Below are positions 53,566 to 62,155 of a stretch of DNA of 64,000 nt, piece by piece (position 1 is the stretch's first letter; the number at the start of each line of letters is the position of its first letter). The stretch comes from Butyrivibrio sp. (lineage in GTDB: Bacteria; Bacillota; Clostridia; Lachnospirales; Lachnospiraceae). The notes under the pieces are model-generated. The model saw nothing but the letters and a program-made list of their open reading frames with translations, searched no databases and was not told where the DNA came from. The translations under genes were made by a program, and so were the position numbers. The stretch lies in contig JAFSQI010000106.1 of the NCBI GenBank assembly GCA_017446685.1, positions 4,351-68,350 on the forward strand. Reading direction: 5' to 3'.

Positions 53566-53609
53566 ATACATAATTTTTTATTGAAATATTTTATTATATA
53601 TAAACATTT

Positions 53610-53645
53610 AAATTTCATATTGCTTAGGCAATATGAAATTTTTTT
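53610..53645 (+). terminator. Intrinsic terminator; end of the housekeeping block
   Basis: AAATTTCATATTGC/GCAATATGAAATTT plus T-tract. Confidence 0.75.
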
Positions 53646-53772
53646 GCTATAAATATTTAATTTAATATGGATTTAATTGTTTTTTTTTATAACACTTGTT
53701 ACTCTGAGGATGGAAATATGTATTTTTTGCCCGGAAAGGATTCCCGGCACATTTATTCAAGGAGGAAAAGCT

Positions 53773-54354
53773 ATGGCAGGTAATGTTAACGGTAATATCA
53801 ATCAGCTGTTTCGTGGCATTAACTCAAGCTCAAAGAGTAACATGGTTAATAGCAAACCACGTGGCCCATCACAAAAAAAGTCTTCCGGAAAGGATGATAT
53901 TTCTTTAGCAGATAGATTCGGACAAAGTGCTAAAGTGGAGTTTTCACCGGAAGTTGAAATGTATGGGAAGGTTGTAGATCTTTTGCAAAAAAAATATGAT
54001 AATGCTGATATATTCGTTGCTGGTCCGGATGATGACCTTTCTCAGATAGGCGGAGAAATGGAATACAGTATTATTCTTTCTGAGGATGAAATGAAACTAC
54101 TATCTTCTGAGGATCCAAAGGATAAAGATGCAAAAGATAAGCTTCTTGGACAGATTGATGAAGCAATGACATCTATAAAAACAATGAGTGAAAAAATTGC
54201 TGAAAATACGGGCGAAGAAGATGACATTTCAAATTTTGGTATAAGGATGGATAAGTCAGGAAAATTAAGTTTCTTTGCTGATATAAACGGAAAATCTTTC
54301 CAAGATAATTCAATGGATTCTTTAATTCAGTCTTTGTTTTCAAAAAATGAATAG
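53773..54354 (+). CDS. Hypothetical protein, resembles Lachnospiraceae DUF6033-type proteins
   Basis: GGAGG RBS at 53761; LQKKYDNADIFVA...EYSIIL...FGIRMDKSGKLSFFA pattern (family recall from memory). Confidence 0.65.
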   Translation: MAGNVNGNINQLFRGINSSSKSNMVNSKPRGPSQKKSSGKDDISLADRFGQSAKVEFSPEVEMYGKVVDLLQKKYDNADIFVAGPDDDLSQIGGEMEYSIILSEDEMKLLSSEDPKDKDAKDKLLGQIDEAMTSIKTMSEKIAENTGEEDDISNFGIRMDKSGKLSFFADINGKSFQDNSMDSLIQSLFSKNE

Positions 54355-54398
54355 ACTCAGTGGCTAAATTAACATAGATAAAAATATTATAAAATTTT

Positions 54399-54440
54399 AA
54401 GGTTTTGAAAGACTTTTTAGTTTTTCAAAACCTTTTGTTT
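54399..54440 (+). terminator. Intrinsic terminator
   Basis: AAGGTTTTGAAAGACT/AGTTTTTCAAAACCTT plus T-tract. Confidence 0.7.
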
Positions 54441-54500
54441 TATACAAAATTAAGAATAATAATTTTTAATTATAGGTATAATTACTGTAGGATAATATAG

Positions 54501-56372
54501 GATTTTGCCGTAATTCTTCAGGATAGAACTGCTATTGATTATTCTACCCAGGATGGCTGGATTGCTAAATTAACCAAGAAAGGTGTAGACTACGCAAACA
54601 TAGAAAAGAGAGAACAGCTTAAAGAGGAGCTGATTCGTGCAGAAGGTATGGATAAAGACTTTATGCGTGATCTTGCACTCACTGTTACTCCTGAACAGTT
54701 CCAGAAGGCTGCAGAGACAATGTTTAGTTTCCAGCTTAGAGATGATATAAACTTGTACGGAAAGAGTGTATGTGTTTCTGATTTTAAGAAGGGAGCTTTA
54801 GATAGAAATACTGCTGTAGACTGGGATATGCTTCATGAAGCCTTTAATCTTCTTGAAGAGATAGAATCACAAAATCTCAAGATACAGGCATGCAGAGAGA
54901 CTGTAAAGCATACAGGCGATCCTGAGATGGCGAATAAAAATGCAAGAAATGCCTATAAGAAGCTTGAAAAATATGTAAAAGAAGAAAATGGTACAACGGA
55001 TCTTGGCTATTTTGATACCAAGGATGTAAACAGCGTAAAGACGTATGCAGATCTTGTAAAAGATAATGTCGGAACAACAAGATTTGTCAGAAGAGATACG
55101 GCTGTTGACTGGACATTGTTTGCCAATGCTCTTAAATTCGTTAAAAGAACAGAGACAGAAAGACAGATATTTATTGGAAACAAAGAATTGTACAGATCTC
55201 AGGGGGAACTGTCAAAATACGAAAGATTCCAATATAACTACAAATATTTACGTCAGAATATGTACAGCTCAGGTAACCGATTTACAAGATTCCTTGGACG
55301 AAGACTAAAAGATGAGATCATGGATGCTATCCCATTCAGCGGACCTGCTCAGAATATACTAATGGGAATACTTAGTCAGGAAAACAGAAACAAGATGCTG
55401 GAGATGGGAATAGTAGATAATGATTCAAAGGAAAAGGATAAATTCACCACATATGCCGGATACGGTGCTATGGCAGGAGAAAAAATCAATATGCTTGGAG
55501 AAAACAAGACTATTTCTTCTGTGCTAAAAATGAGTGATAATGTAGCTAAGGGCTTTTCTATAGCCGGAGAAGCTATTGCCGATTATAGTAAGATCATGTC
55601 AGGTATTTGGAATATCGGAAATAAATTTGGTGAATTATCTGATATCAAGAGTGCTTCTGAGAGATCTGAAAAGTATGAAGAAAGAGACAGAAAGCGAACC
55701 GAAAGAGCAAAAGCTATTCAGAGTCAATCTCAACAGGAAATTACTCAAAAGATTATAGACAGGAATAAGCATATTCTTAAAGATGTTGCATCAGGTGTAG
55801 CTCAAGAGGCAAAGAGAGAAGACATCATGGATACCGTTTCAGAATATGTTGAGACTTTGAGTGGAACCGGTGTTGGAGAACAATTTATTGAAAACTATTT
55901 GTTTGATAAAATTACAAATGTTGTAAATGAAGCTCTTAAGGTAACACAGTTTATTATGAGACTCTTTGTCGACAAAAATATGCTTAAGCACTACTATGAT
56001 GATGACGGTCCACTTGCTGATGAAGCAAATAAGCTTCGTACTGAAGGTCTTAAGTTAAGACTACAAGAGCAGGAGAAGAGAAGAAATAGTAAAAAATCCA
56101 TATTAAAGGATAGTGAACTTACTGCTGAAGATTTAAAGATTCTTGAAAATAAGAGTAATGTAGAAATTATGCAGCAAGCGTATGGCTTTTGTGATTTTAG
56201 TGAACATGCTGCATATGTTGGATGGAATATTGTTCAGACATTGATCTTTACAGCAAGTCCATATAACAGTAATCTTCAGACGAAGTTTCAATCATTTATT
56301 ATTATGACAGCTCTGGGGCTAAAAGATTTGATTGGAAAGCAGGATAATGACACTGCTTCTAAAGTATTTTAA
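54501..56372 (+). pseudogene. 5'-truncated remnant of a large helical hypothetical protein (annotatable ORF 54648-56372)
   Basis: Frame stays open and protein-like for 49 codons upstream of ATG 54648 back to TAG 54498-54500, with no start codon or RBS. Confidence 0.55.
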
Positions 56373-56417
56373 AAATTTATGAATAAAGATTTACGATAAT
56401 TTTTTTCAAATATTTTA

Positions 56418-56448
56418 TGCCATATCCAGAGTTTTCTTCGTATAAATA
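56418..56448 (+). promoter_or_regulatory. Putative alternative (ECF-like) sigma promoter TGCCA-N15-TCGTATAAATA
   Basis: Same elements and spacing recur on - strand at 60038-60008; 42 bp upstream of ATG 56491. Confidence 0.55.
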
Positions 56449-56490
56449 AATAGAATTAAGGAGCATAATAAAGTTTTGGAGGTAGCAAAA

Positions 56491-56634
56491 ATGATAACAG
56501 TATTTGATAAAGAGAAAAACAGATTATCTGATGAAATAATTGAGAAGGTGACAGCCGGTGCTTCAACTAATATTAAAAATCCGGGAAATGAAGATATGTT
56601 CCGAGCTGCTGAGCATAAGTATGCAAAGAAGTAA
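56491..56634 (+). CDS. 47-aa peptide with double-glycine-type leader (MITVFDKEKNRLSDEIIEKVTAG|ASTNIKNPGNEDMFRAAEHKYAKK); not in the ORF track
   Basis: GGAGGT RBS at 56478-56483; leader spacing L(-12), I(-7), V(-4), G(-1); stop overlaps the next gene start. Confidence 0.7.
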   Translation: MITVFDKEKNRLSDEIIEKVTAGASTNIKNPGNEDMFRAAEHKYAKK

Positions 56635-58330
56635 TAAACCCAAAAATAAAAAAACATTGAGGAGGATGGCGCTTTATGCCATCCTCCTTGGTGCGTTTGT
56701 TATTTTGTTTTTTTCTGTAATAGTTGAAGCTGTTCTTTTTGTTTTTCCCACTCTCCAAAACTATAAGAGGGAAATGAACCACGAAGGCGAATTTGCAATT
56801 GAACTTATCGGCAAAGATTATTTGGAAGATTTCTTTTCAGAGATTAAAGAAGTATATTATTCTATTCCTGAAGAAGATAAGCAGGATTGTTTTTCGTCAA
56901 AGTATAAAGATTATTACAATTACATTGAATTATTCGATGAAGATTTCGTTAATGCCAGAGATATTTTGAAAGCATGCAGAAAAAACACCGAGATGTCCAA
57001 TTTCTATTTGTCTTTTTATGATGAGGAACATTGCCGTCTTGTTTATGTTATTGACGGAAATGAAGATAATCATGCTTTTTTGCCGGGACAGTGGATTTCA
57101 AATGATAACGGAACGGTGGATTCTATATCAAAAATAAATAAAGTTTTAAAGTCTGACTGGTATATACCGGTTACTTATGGCAAGGCTTATGGTTTTGAGG
57201 CTACCGATTATGAAGAAATCTATGATAAAGACGGAAATATCATAGGATTTATGTCTATAAATGTTTCTGTAAATGCTATCGCCAATCAAATCGTTGTATT
57301 CCTTGCTGTCTATATTCCTGTAATGCTTGTAATTCTTCTTGTTATTGCGTTGTACATTGCAAGAGCGATGGATAAAAGAGTTCTTTTACCTGTAAATATG
57401 CTTGCAGAGGCTGCAAATAAATACACTGAAATGAGTAATGGAGAATCTGCAGTACAAAGGCATATATTTAAAGATTTGAATATTACTACAAACGATGAAA
57501 TCGAGGATCTTTGGAAGACTGTTGTAAACATGGAAGATGCTGTGTTTGCTGCACTTCGACAGATAAAAGAAGTTACTGCCAAGCAGGAACGAATAGCTAC
57601 AGAGCTTGATTTGGCTAAAAATATTCAATTGGCTGCCCTGCCTAAGAAATTAATTACAAATGATTTAAAAGAAAAAATTGATATTTATGCTGAGATGACT
57701 CCGGCAAAGGAGGTTGGAGGAGATTTTTACGATTATTTTATGATTGATGAAAATCATCTGGCCATTGTTATAGCAGATGTATCAGGGAAAGGTGTTCCGG
57801 CAGCTCTCTTTATGATGATAAGTAAGATGCTTATAAAACATACTGCTTTAAACGGAGGTAATCCTTCGGAAATACTAATGACAGTTAATAACAGATTGTG
57901 CGAAGAAAACAGCCTTGATATGTTTGTTACAGTATGGCTTGGAATTCTTAATATTTCAACCGGTGAAGTAATAGCTGCAAGTGCCGGCCATGAATATCCG
58001 TTTATTACAAATGCTGAAGGAAATTATGAACTTTTAAAAGATTCCCATGGTCTTGTCCTTGGAGTAATGGAAAATATGATATATGAAGATTATAATTTCA
58101 CTCTTCAAAAAAACGGAAAATTATTTGTATATACGGATGGTGTTGCAGAAGCTCAAAACGAAAAAGAGGAAATGTTTGGACTTGATCGTTTAAAGAATTC
58201 GCTTAATTTACATAAAGTATTTAATGCTGAGGAACTCGTTGATATAATAAAAAGAGAAATTAACATTTTTTCGAGTAAAACAGATCAGTTTGATGATATC
58301 ACAATGTTGAATTTGTGGTATAAGGGATGA
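56621..58330 (+). CDS. Membrane sensor PP2C/SpoIIE (RsbU-like) phosphatase 1: TM-extracellular domain-TM-HAMP-SpoIIE
   Basis: PAKEVGGDFYDYF, ADVSGKGVPAALFM, AGHE, YTDGV and QFDDITML motifs; PVNML...DEIEDL HAMP. Confidence 0.9.
   Translation: MQRSNKPKNKKTLRRMALYAILLGAFVILFFSVIVEAVLFVFPTLQNYKREMNHEGEFAIELIGKDYLEDFFSEIKEVYYSIPEEDKQDCFSSKYKDYYNYIELFDEDFVNARDILKACRKNTEMSNFYLSFYDEEHCRLVYVIDGNEDNHAFLPGQWISNDNGTVDSISKINKVLKSDWYIPVTYGKAYGFEATDYEEIYDKDGNIIGFMSINVSVNAIANQIVVFLAVYIPVMLVILLVIALYIARAMDKRVLLPVNMLAEAANKYTEMSNGESAVQRHIFKDLNITTNDEIEDLWKTVVNMEDAVFAALRQIKEVTAKQERIATELDLAKNIQLAALPKKLITNDLKEKIDIYAEMTPAKEVGGDFYDYFMIDENHLAIVIADVSGKGVPAALFMMISKMLIKHTALNGGNPSEILMTVNNRLCEENSLDMFVTVWLGILNISTGEVIAASAGHEYPFITNAEGNYELLKDSHGLVLGVMENMIYEDYNFTLQKNGKLFVYTDGVAEAQNEKEEMFGLDRLKNSLNLHKVFNAEELVDIIKREINIFSSKTDQFDDITMLNLWYKG
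58004..58330 (+). repeat. 327-bp direct repeat, copy 1 (3' end of phosphatase 1)
   Basis: Aligns without gaps to 60104-60430 with 8 mismatches. Confidence 0.95.
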
Positions 58331-58453
58331 GGGACGGCGGATCCATTTTTTGTGATTCATACCATCAATGGGATTATGAATTTTGCCGTTAAGAGATAAT
58401 ATCTTCCAGTTATATTTACGACAACAATCCGAGTTTTAAGGAGCACGGAGAAA

Positions 58454-59005
58454 ATGATTGAGATCACATACTTTCAACTTTTTCTATTTATAACAATAAT
58501 ATGGATAATAACTAGATGTATCATAGCGATGAAATCGAAGACATTTTCAGTAAAGCATGAATGTCGACAGCTTTTGGTTTATGTGTGCATTGTTGTTATT
58601 TGCAGATTTGTATACTTCGGATTCCATCTTGAGAATGGAAAGATACCGACATTAAAAGTAGGCTTTGGAGATGATATCCGTGATATGATCAGTTTCATTC
58701 CATTTTATTTTCTTGTAGACCGGTATGATGGTTGGAAGATGAACATTATTGGGAATATTACAATGTTCATACCGGTTGGGATTGTATGGCCGATTTGTTT
58801 TAGCAGACTTGATACGATTAGAAAAACCATATTTGCAGGTGCTGGGTTTACTCTACTTATCGAAGTGACTCAGCTCTTTTGTCTCAGAAGACATACGGAT
58901 GTTGATGACTTGATCTTAAACACAATCGGTGTAGCAATTGGCGCATATATTGTATTCTTGATTCGGAGAAAGCAGAAGAAAGAATACCAAAGGTCAGTGA
59001 ACTGA
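58454..59005 (+). CDS. VanZ-family membrane protein
   Basis: FIPF, NIIGNITMFIPVG, IEVTQL and DVDDLILNTIG motifs. Confidence 0.87.
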   Translation: MIEITYFQLFLFITIIWIITRCIIAMKSKTFSVKHECRQLLVYVCIVVICRFVYFGFHLENGKIPTLKVGFGDDIRDMISFIPFYFLVDRYDGWKMNIIGNITMFIPVGIVWPICFSRLDTIRKTIFAGAGFTLLIEVTQLFCLRRHTDVDDLILNTIGVAIGAYIVFLIRRKQKKEYQRSVN

Positions 59006-59010
59006 ATATA

Positions 59011-59184
59011 GAATTCCAGAAATTACTATCCAGGAAGAGGAAGCTATATCCTGAGTACCGCGATGTGAAAGAGAAGATGACAAAGTATCAGATTGCTAAG
59101 TATGACATCGACAGACTTCTTGATATAGGTGAGGGTAAGGAGCCGGATCAGGATAAAAAGAAAGAACGCGATAAGTCGCGTTGA
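59011..59184 (+). pseudogene. C-terminal remnant of a relaxase/mobilisation protein (EFQKLLSRKRKLYPEYRDVKEKMTKYQIAKYDIDRLL...KERDKSR*)
   Basis: Resembles the L..K..LY.EY...K..M.....AK.N.D..L tail of Clostridiales relaxases (from memory); no start codon; followed by a terminator and oriT-like hairpins. Confidence 0.55.
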
Positions 59185-59190
59185 TCTCAT

Positions 59191-59227
59191 GGGGCGCTGT
59201 ATCAAGTCGGCGCCCCCTCTTTTCTTA
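59191..59227 (+). terminator. Intrinsic terminator after the relaxase remnant
   Basis: GGGGCGCTG/CGGCGCCCC stem plus CTCTTTTCTT. Confidence 0.65.
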
Positions 59228-59276
59228 TGCCATTGTCTTGGCAAAAAAACATTTCAGCTCTCGAAGAGAGCGTAGC

Positions 59277-59353
59277 CAGTTTGTAAAACTGTTCAAAGGG
59301 GATTGGGGATTTCCCCAACAAGCTGCCTCAGTGGATGCTGAGGCCCTGCTTGC
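59277..59353. other. oriT-like inverted-repeat cluster
   Basis: CAGTTT/AAACTG, TTGGGGA/TCCCCAA and GCCTCAG/CTGAGGC hairpins ending in CCCTGCTTGC; GC-rich relative to flanks. Confidence 0.45.
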
Positions 59354-59537
59354 GAGCTAGGTAGCCGGGGTACCGGGGATGGGGCAGATGATGCTTTGCA
59401 AAGGGGGGATAAAATGAAAACAGAAACAGCGAGGGCTAAACCCTCGCCGGACCAATCAGCAACTCCTTTATTTGATTTTGTCTAAGATTTTAATGAGCTT
59501 ATTATTTCACAGCCCCTTCTTTCTTTTTATAGTTCTA

Positions 59538-59969
59538 TTAATCCTGCAGCATTACCTGTGAAACGGTGTATGCGTCAAAATATTCACATGAATATATTGT
59601 TCCGTCATTTGTCATGAGGCAAGGGATATCACCTGCCATAAAGAAGTATGCTTCCCATGTTCCTTCAACAGTATACTTTTCAGCCGCACCAATATCTTTC
59701 AAAGTTGTCTGTGTTTGCTTATATGATGTATAAACATGAGTCATTCCATCGTAAATGTATGCGATGTTATCGCCATTCTTTTTATATAAAGCAAATACTA
59801 TCTCCTGGCCATCATTGGACTCTCCGTGAAGGGCAACTTCAAAATTAGCACCCGCAATGTACTTGGTCGCGTCATTGGATGCATGTACCTGTGTTGAAGC
59901 AAAGCTTCCTGTCAGAATCATTGTTGCTGCCATAACAGTTGCTGTAATCATTTTAATAAATTTTTTCAT
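59538..59969 (-). CDS. Small secreted hypothetical protein
   Basis: Sec signal MKKFIKMITATVMAATMILTGSFASTQVHA; AAGGATGG RBS. Confidence 0.8.
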   Translation of the reverse strand: MKKFIKMITATVMAATMILTGSFASTQVHASNDATKYIAGANFEVALHGESNDGQEIVFALYKKNGDNIAYIYDGMTHVYTSYKQTQTTLKDIGAAEKYTVEGTWEAYFFMAGDIPCLMTNDGTIYSCEYFDAYTVSQVMLQD

Positions 59970-60007
59970 AACAATTTACCATCCTTTTTTGTTTTTTGAT
60001 TTACACA

Positions 60008-60038
60008 TATTGATACGAGATGAAAATCGACTCTGGCA
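60008..60038 (-). promoter_or_regulatory. Putative ECF-like promoter TGCCA-N15-TCGTATCAATA
   Basis: Same elements and spacing as 56418-56448; 38 bp upstream of ATG 59969. Confidence 0.55.
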
Positions 60039-60103
60039 ATAATTTTTGTCAAGAAATTTTATTTAATACTTTTTTTAGATTTATAATTACAATCATCGGT
60101 TAA

Positions 60104-60430
60104 ATTACAAATGCTGAAGGAAATTATGAACTTTTAAAAGATCCCCATGGTCTTGTCCTTGGAGTAATGGAAAATATGATATATGAAGATTATAATTTCA
60201 CTCTTCAAAAAAACGGGAAATTATTTGTATATACGGATGGTGTAACAGAAGCTCAAAACGAAAAAGAGGAAATGTTTGGACTTGATTGTTTAAAGAATTC
60301 GCTTAATTTACATAAAGTATTTAATGCTGAGGAACTCGTTGATATAATAAAAAGAGATATTAACATTTTTTCGAGCAAAACAGATCAGTTTGATGATATC
60401 ACAATGTTGAATTTGTGGTATAAAGGATGA
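60104..60430 (+). repeat. 327-bp direct repeat, copy 2 (orphan 3' fragment of phosphatase 1; includes ORF 60167-60430)
   Basis: About 97.6% identical to 58004-58330; its TGA overlaps the ATG of phosphatase 2. Confidence 0.95.
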
Positions 60431-62130
60431 AAGCTATGACATTGAAAGCAATGTTAAAAAAGAAACCACGTATATCAATTGGCATTAAAGCTTCTTTAAT
60501 GATCATTATTCTCACTGTGATACTTAGTTATGTTACTGTTAAAGCTGCTATTTTTGCTGATAAATTAATTAGTGCCCATAATATAATTTCCAACATGTAT
60601 AGTGTTGGCAGAACTGTAGCACAGCTTGTAGATCAGGATGAAGCGCTTGATTTTTTTGAAATGGTTTCAAATGAATATGATGCGCTTCCTGATTCATCTA
60701 AAAATTCTTTAAAAAACGGTCAGAATATATTTGAAGCCAGTTCTAAAGCGATTCCTATGCCCGGTAATCTTGCTCATGAGCTTGAAAAGGTTAAAATCAC
60801 AAATAATTTCTCAGAAGTAAGTTTTGTTATTATAGATAAAGATAACGATAAATCATATGTTATAGTACAAAGTTCTGAAGAGAACTTGAATATTGGTAAT
60901 GTCATAATATTGGATAATGTAATGGAGATTAAAGAAAATCAGTATTATCCGGATATGCGTTATGCTAATGATAGTATTTTGGCTGATACTGATGAGTTGC
61001 TTAATTTTTATATTTTTGTACCATATTATTATACAGAAGAACATGATACAGTTGCAGGTTATGTTTATTTAGTTAAGAATCTTGATGAATATAAAATCAA
61101 TTATTCCGTTTTTTTACTTATTTTTGTTATTATATTAGTTGTAATAATGTTTTTCTTTTGGCTGATTGCATCGTTAATTATGAAAGCTTTTTTGATCAGT
61201 CCGATAAAAAGATTGGCTAAAGCTTCTCGTAGCTATGCAACGCAGGAAGATAAATTATCTGAAACAAAATTTTTTCAAAATATTAATTTTCGTGGAAATG
61301 ATGAACTAACTGACCTTAGAGATGCTATGGTGGGGATGGAATCAGAGCTATACAAGTATATGGTTCATTTAAAAGATATAACTGCTGAGAAAGAAAGAGT
61401 AGAAACTGAGCTTGAGGTTGCATCTAAAATTCAAATGGATATGCTTCCTTATAAGGAAACATACAATGATAAATTCAGGATTAGTTCTTTTATAAAACCT
61501 GCAAAAGAAGTGGGTGGCGATTTTTATGACTATTTCCAAATCGATGATGACAAGGTTGCGATTGTAGCAGCAGATGTTTCAGGAAAAGGTGTTCCGGCAG
61601 CACTTTTTATGGCGGTTTCTAAATCAATAATTAAGAGTTGTATTATAGATAATTGTAACAATCTTTCTTTGGCTATCTCAAAAGCAAATACTATTTTGAG
61701 TGAAAGAAATGAAGAAATGATGTTTGTTACTGTTTTTGCTGGTATTTATTCGATAAAGGAAAGTACTTTCAAATATATTAATGCCGGGCATGAAAATCCT
61801 ATAGTATATAAAAAAGATAAATCTAAATATGAATTTATTATTGAAGAGCATGACACAATGCTTGGTATTAATCCCAATTTAAGTTTTAATGTACATTCAA
61901 TCAGTGTGGATAGCGGAGATAAGGTTTTTATTTATACCGACGGTGTTACGGATGCAATAAATAAAGATGATGAAATGTTCGGGACTGATGGAATTATAAA
62001 CACTCTTAATAATTCCACTACGCTCTCGGGAGATAGTATTATTTCTATGGTTTGGCAAGCTGCATCTGAGTTTCAATTGGGCTGTGATCAATTTGATGAT
62101 ATGACAATGCTATTACTTGAAATACTATAA
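60427..62130 (+). CDS. Membrane sensor PP2C/SpoIIE (RsbU-like) phosphatase 2: TM-extracellular domain-TM-HAMP-SpoIIE
   Basis: PIKRL...NDELTDL HAMP; PAKEVGGDFYDYF, ADVSGKGVPAALFM, NAGHE, YTDGVTDA and QFDDMTML motifs. Confidence 0.9.
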   Translation: MKAMTLKAMLKKKPRISIGIKASLMIIILTVILSYVTVKAAIFADKLISAHNIISNMYSVGRTVAQLVDQDEALDFFEMVSNEYDALPDSSKNSLKNGQNIFEASSKAIPMPGNLAHELEKVKITNNFSEVSFVIIDKDNDKSYVIVQSSEENLNIGNVIILDNVMEIKENQYYPDMRYANDSILADTDELLNFYIFVPYYYTEEHDTVAGYVYLVKNLDEYKINYSVFLLIFVIILVVIMFFFWLIASLIMKAFLISPIKRLAKASRSYATQEDKLSETKFFQNINFRGNDELTDLRDAMVGMESELYKYMVHLKDITAEKERVETELEVASKIQMDMLPYKETYNDKFRISSFIKPAKEVGGDFYDYFQIDDDKVAIVAADVSGKGVPAALFMAVSKSIIKSCIIDNCNNLSLAISKANTILSERNEEMMFVTVFAGIYSIKESTFKYINAGHENPIVYKKDKSKYEFIIEEHDTMLGINPNLSFNVHSISVDSGDKVFIYTDGVTDAINKDDEMFGTDGIINTLNNSTTLSGDSIISMVWQAASEFQLGCDQFDDMTMLLLEIL

Positions 62131-62155
62131 AAAATACTTATTTTGGAGGTAAAAT

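Larger units (their letters stand above)
58331..60103. mobile_element. 1.77-kb mobile-element relic between the direct repeats
   Basis: Contains vanZ-like gene, relaxase-like C-terminus, GC-rich oriT-like hairpins and a secreted-protein gene; no integrase or transposase. Confidence 0.6.

Noticed and set aside
56558-56620. Extended N-terminus of phosphatase 1 as given in the ORF track
   Set aside because: It overlaps the RBS-supported peptide ORF; ATG 56621 is more plausible
58454-59005. vanZ as evidence of a glycopeptide-resistance cluster
   Set aside because: No vanHAX or vanRS nearby; VanZ-like proteins are widespread
59414-59485. Short ORF MKTETARAKPSPDQSATPLFDFV after a G-rich RBS-like run
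   Set aside because: No recognisable features; overlaps a hairpin in mobile-element debris
58004-60430. Direct repeat as the TR/VR pair of a diversity-generating retroelement
   Set aside because: The 8 mismatches are not confined to adenines of one copy (T/C, A/G, T/A, G/A, C/T, A/T, T/C, G/A), and no reverse transcriptase is in the window
60167-60430. 87-aa ORF as an independent gene
   Set aside because: It is the duplicated 3' fragment of phosphatase 1 and lacks the N-terminal catalytic motifs
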